The notes under the pieces are model-generated. The model was not told where the DNA came from. It did no database searches and saw only the letters and a list, made by a program, of their open reading frames with translations. Shown piece after piece: positions 62,250 to 64,000 of a stretch of DNA of 64,000 nt. Each line of letters begins with the position of its first letter. Position 1 is the stretch's first letter. The position numbers and the translations under genes were made by a program. This DNA is from Antechinus flavipes (lineage: Eukaryota), in assembly GCF_016432865.1 (NCBI RefSeq), contig NC_067400.1, forward strand, positions 29,202,001 to 29,266,000, given 5' to 3'.

Positions 62250-63240
62250 AACGGCTTTTTACCAGAGCTAATGGCCATCGGGTGAAAGGCAGTCCAATTC
62301 CATTCTGCAGCATCCCCTCCCCCTCCAAAGGATTTACATTTTAATTCACCGTTTCAGCTGCCTGAAAAACAGATGGCAGAAAGCCTCAATCCCGCTACAA
62401 AACCATAGAGATTGAAAAATACAGGCAGGCAGAGAGAAGAAAGGAACCACACCCATATCACACAGCCCAGCACGTTGGCTCAGCCAATACAAAATTACTT
62501 TGGCGTTGAAAAGTAATTTTTTTCCACATCAATATTTTCATCGCAAATGAGTTTTCCATTTTAAGGTGAGCACTTTACCTCGGCTCTATATTATCACATT
62601 CACCCTTCTGGGAGGCTTACGAATTTGAAATGATGTACTACATTAACCTGTGAAAAACACAGGGACCCCACATGGGCAGATGCTTCTGCTTTCTCTGCCG
62701 CTAGCTTTAGCCATCCTCTCGGAACGGATCCTTTGTCACCGAAGCCGGTCCCCAGGATTCCACCGGCTCCGACTGATGTGCGCCGTACGGTGATTATTTA
62801 TAATGGTTCTAATCTTTTCCTGGCCTGTGTAGGTGGCTTCCCAAGTTATTTATCTGTCTCGAACACATAACAGTAATTGGGGTTGTACTACAGATAACAA
62901 GGTGATTTTCTATTTCTTCCCCCCGATTGCCTCTTCCTGACGCACGCCCGTATCATCCAGCCAAGAACGCCAACGAGCTATGGATGGCGTGAGGAGGGGC
63001 AGGGATTCAAAAATCTAAGCCTCTGTCACAGCACAATGAAAGGGCATGGCCCATTTCCCATGGCCTTTCTCAACCAATTTAAAAGCTCAGCCTTCAACCG
63101 GCCTGGATTGAGTAGGGGGAAAGAAATTCAAATTGAACAGCTTTCTTCACCCATCTCCTCCCTTTCCCCAGTCCCATCACGGAAAGCTTTGAATCTTAGA
63201 AACTGTTAGTTCAGCCACAGAAAATGAATGTGTACGTGGA
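62250..63240. promoter_or_regulatory. Most CpG-rich island in the window: candidate enhancer, alternative promoter or conserved element
   Basis: Roughly 25-30 CpGs by eye in about 1 kb, non-repetitive. MEF2-like TTATTTATAA at 62794-62803. Confidence 0.5.
62621..62647 (-). other. Candidate small exon (27 nt, or 69 nt with the alternative donor at 62577-62578)
   Basis: Minus strand: ggggtccctgtgtttttcacag|GTTAATGTAGTACATCATTTCAAATTC|gtaagc; alternatively extends to ..ATAGAGCCGAG|gtaaag. Confidence 0.25.
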
Positions 63241-63739
63241 TTAGTCAAATGGGAAAAGTCTCTTATTCTCTCTTTATCTTTGGATTTAATCTATATTTAC
63301 TTTTCTTTTTCTGCAGGAATGTAAATCAACTTTAATCTTCACCAGAAAGACACTTATCAGATGTCTGATCCATAGGGAACAGTAATAGATACTAGTCATA
63401 GGCCTCTGCCTGACCCCGAAAAGGTCTTTTGGACCTCTGGTGTCCACTGGAAGAGATCACAAGGGATCAGCTCCTCTTACCCAGATATAAAATGAAATCC
63501 ATGTCTAAGTAGTCAAGGATTCTGGGCATCCATGAATTCAGCCCCCTTTTTAAAAAATCCCCCCAAATGCAGTGGTTTTCCAGACAAAGATATAGTAAGC
63601 CTTTTTTATGATGTGCAGATCATATTTGGAAAAATGAACAGTAGAAAATCATTTCTGATCAGTGTGAGGTCTGAAATTTGACCTCTCTTTCCCACCCAAG
63701 TAAGCTTTATATGTATTCAAATGTTCATCCACACAATAC

Positions 63740-63936
63740 CGGTTTGCATTAGTTTTGTTTGTACAAAGGCTTTTTAATTTGATATAATCAACATTTTCTA
63801 TTTTGTGATCAATAATGATCTCTAGTTCTTCTTTGGTTACAAATTCCTTCCTCCTCCACAAGTCCGAGAGATAAACTATCCTATGTTCCTAATTTATCTA
63901 TAATCTCGTTTTTCATGCCTAAATCATGGACCCATT
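63740..63936 (-). mobile_element. Internal L1 ORF2 fragment without 3'UTR or polyA, flanked by a 13-bp direct repeat
   Basis: Minus strand encodes WVHDLGMKNEIIDKL..DLWRRKEFVTKEELEIIIDHKIENVDYIKLKSLCTNKTNAN (L1 ORF2). atccacacaatac occurs at 63727-63739 and 63947-63959. Confidence 0.9.
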
Positions 63937-64000
63937 GTGCTAAGTGATCCACACAATACTGGATATAATTCTCCCAAATAATTTCCCTTCATGTCATCCA

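Noticed and set aside
62550-62575. Plus-strand AG|GT motif ttttccattttaag|gtgagc, and plus-strand acceptors near 48900 and 63317
   Set aside because: No consistent plus-strand exon chain. Kept as a caution that such motifs occur on both strands.

Overview
This is eukaryotic, AT-rich, repeat-dense DNA from an Australian marsupial, most likely a dasyurid (WSINE1-type, MAR1-type and MIR SINEs, marsupial L1 3' ends, RTE, L2, CR1/L3, MER63/Charlie-type hAT MITEs). I cannot support any intact protein-coding gene: the listed ORFs are repeat-, microsatellite- or chance-derived. Two non-transposon inserts are clearly identifiable. One is a decayed processed ferritin heavy chain (FTH1) pseudogene at 3-840, split by a MAR1 SINE. 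The other is a 321-bp indel-free nuclear copy of mitochondrial COX3 (NUMT) at 52223-52543. Further oddities are an internal L1 ORF2 fragment with no polyA but a perfect 13-bp flanking duplication (63.7-64.0 kb), a 12-unit A/B higher-order minisatellite with variable (CA)n spacers (23.6-24.2 kb), a probable decayed hAT-Tip100-type transposase (7.0-7.6 kb) and several ~100-bp local duplications. Unique, CpG-retaining islands (4.3, 9.4, 13.6-14.4, 32.3-33.0, 45.8-47.1, 57.2, 60.3, 62.2-63.2 kb) look like conserved non-coding DNA. Several of them carry minus-strand AG...GT-bounded 24-52 nt microexon-like or recursive-splice-like motifs that can be joined into one open frame. This fits a long intron of a minus-strand gene, but I cannot name the gene and the exon chain is a hypothesis only. 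Repeat family names are from recall of consensus sequences, and repeat boundaries are approximate.
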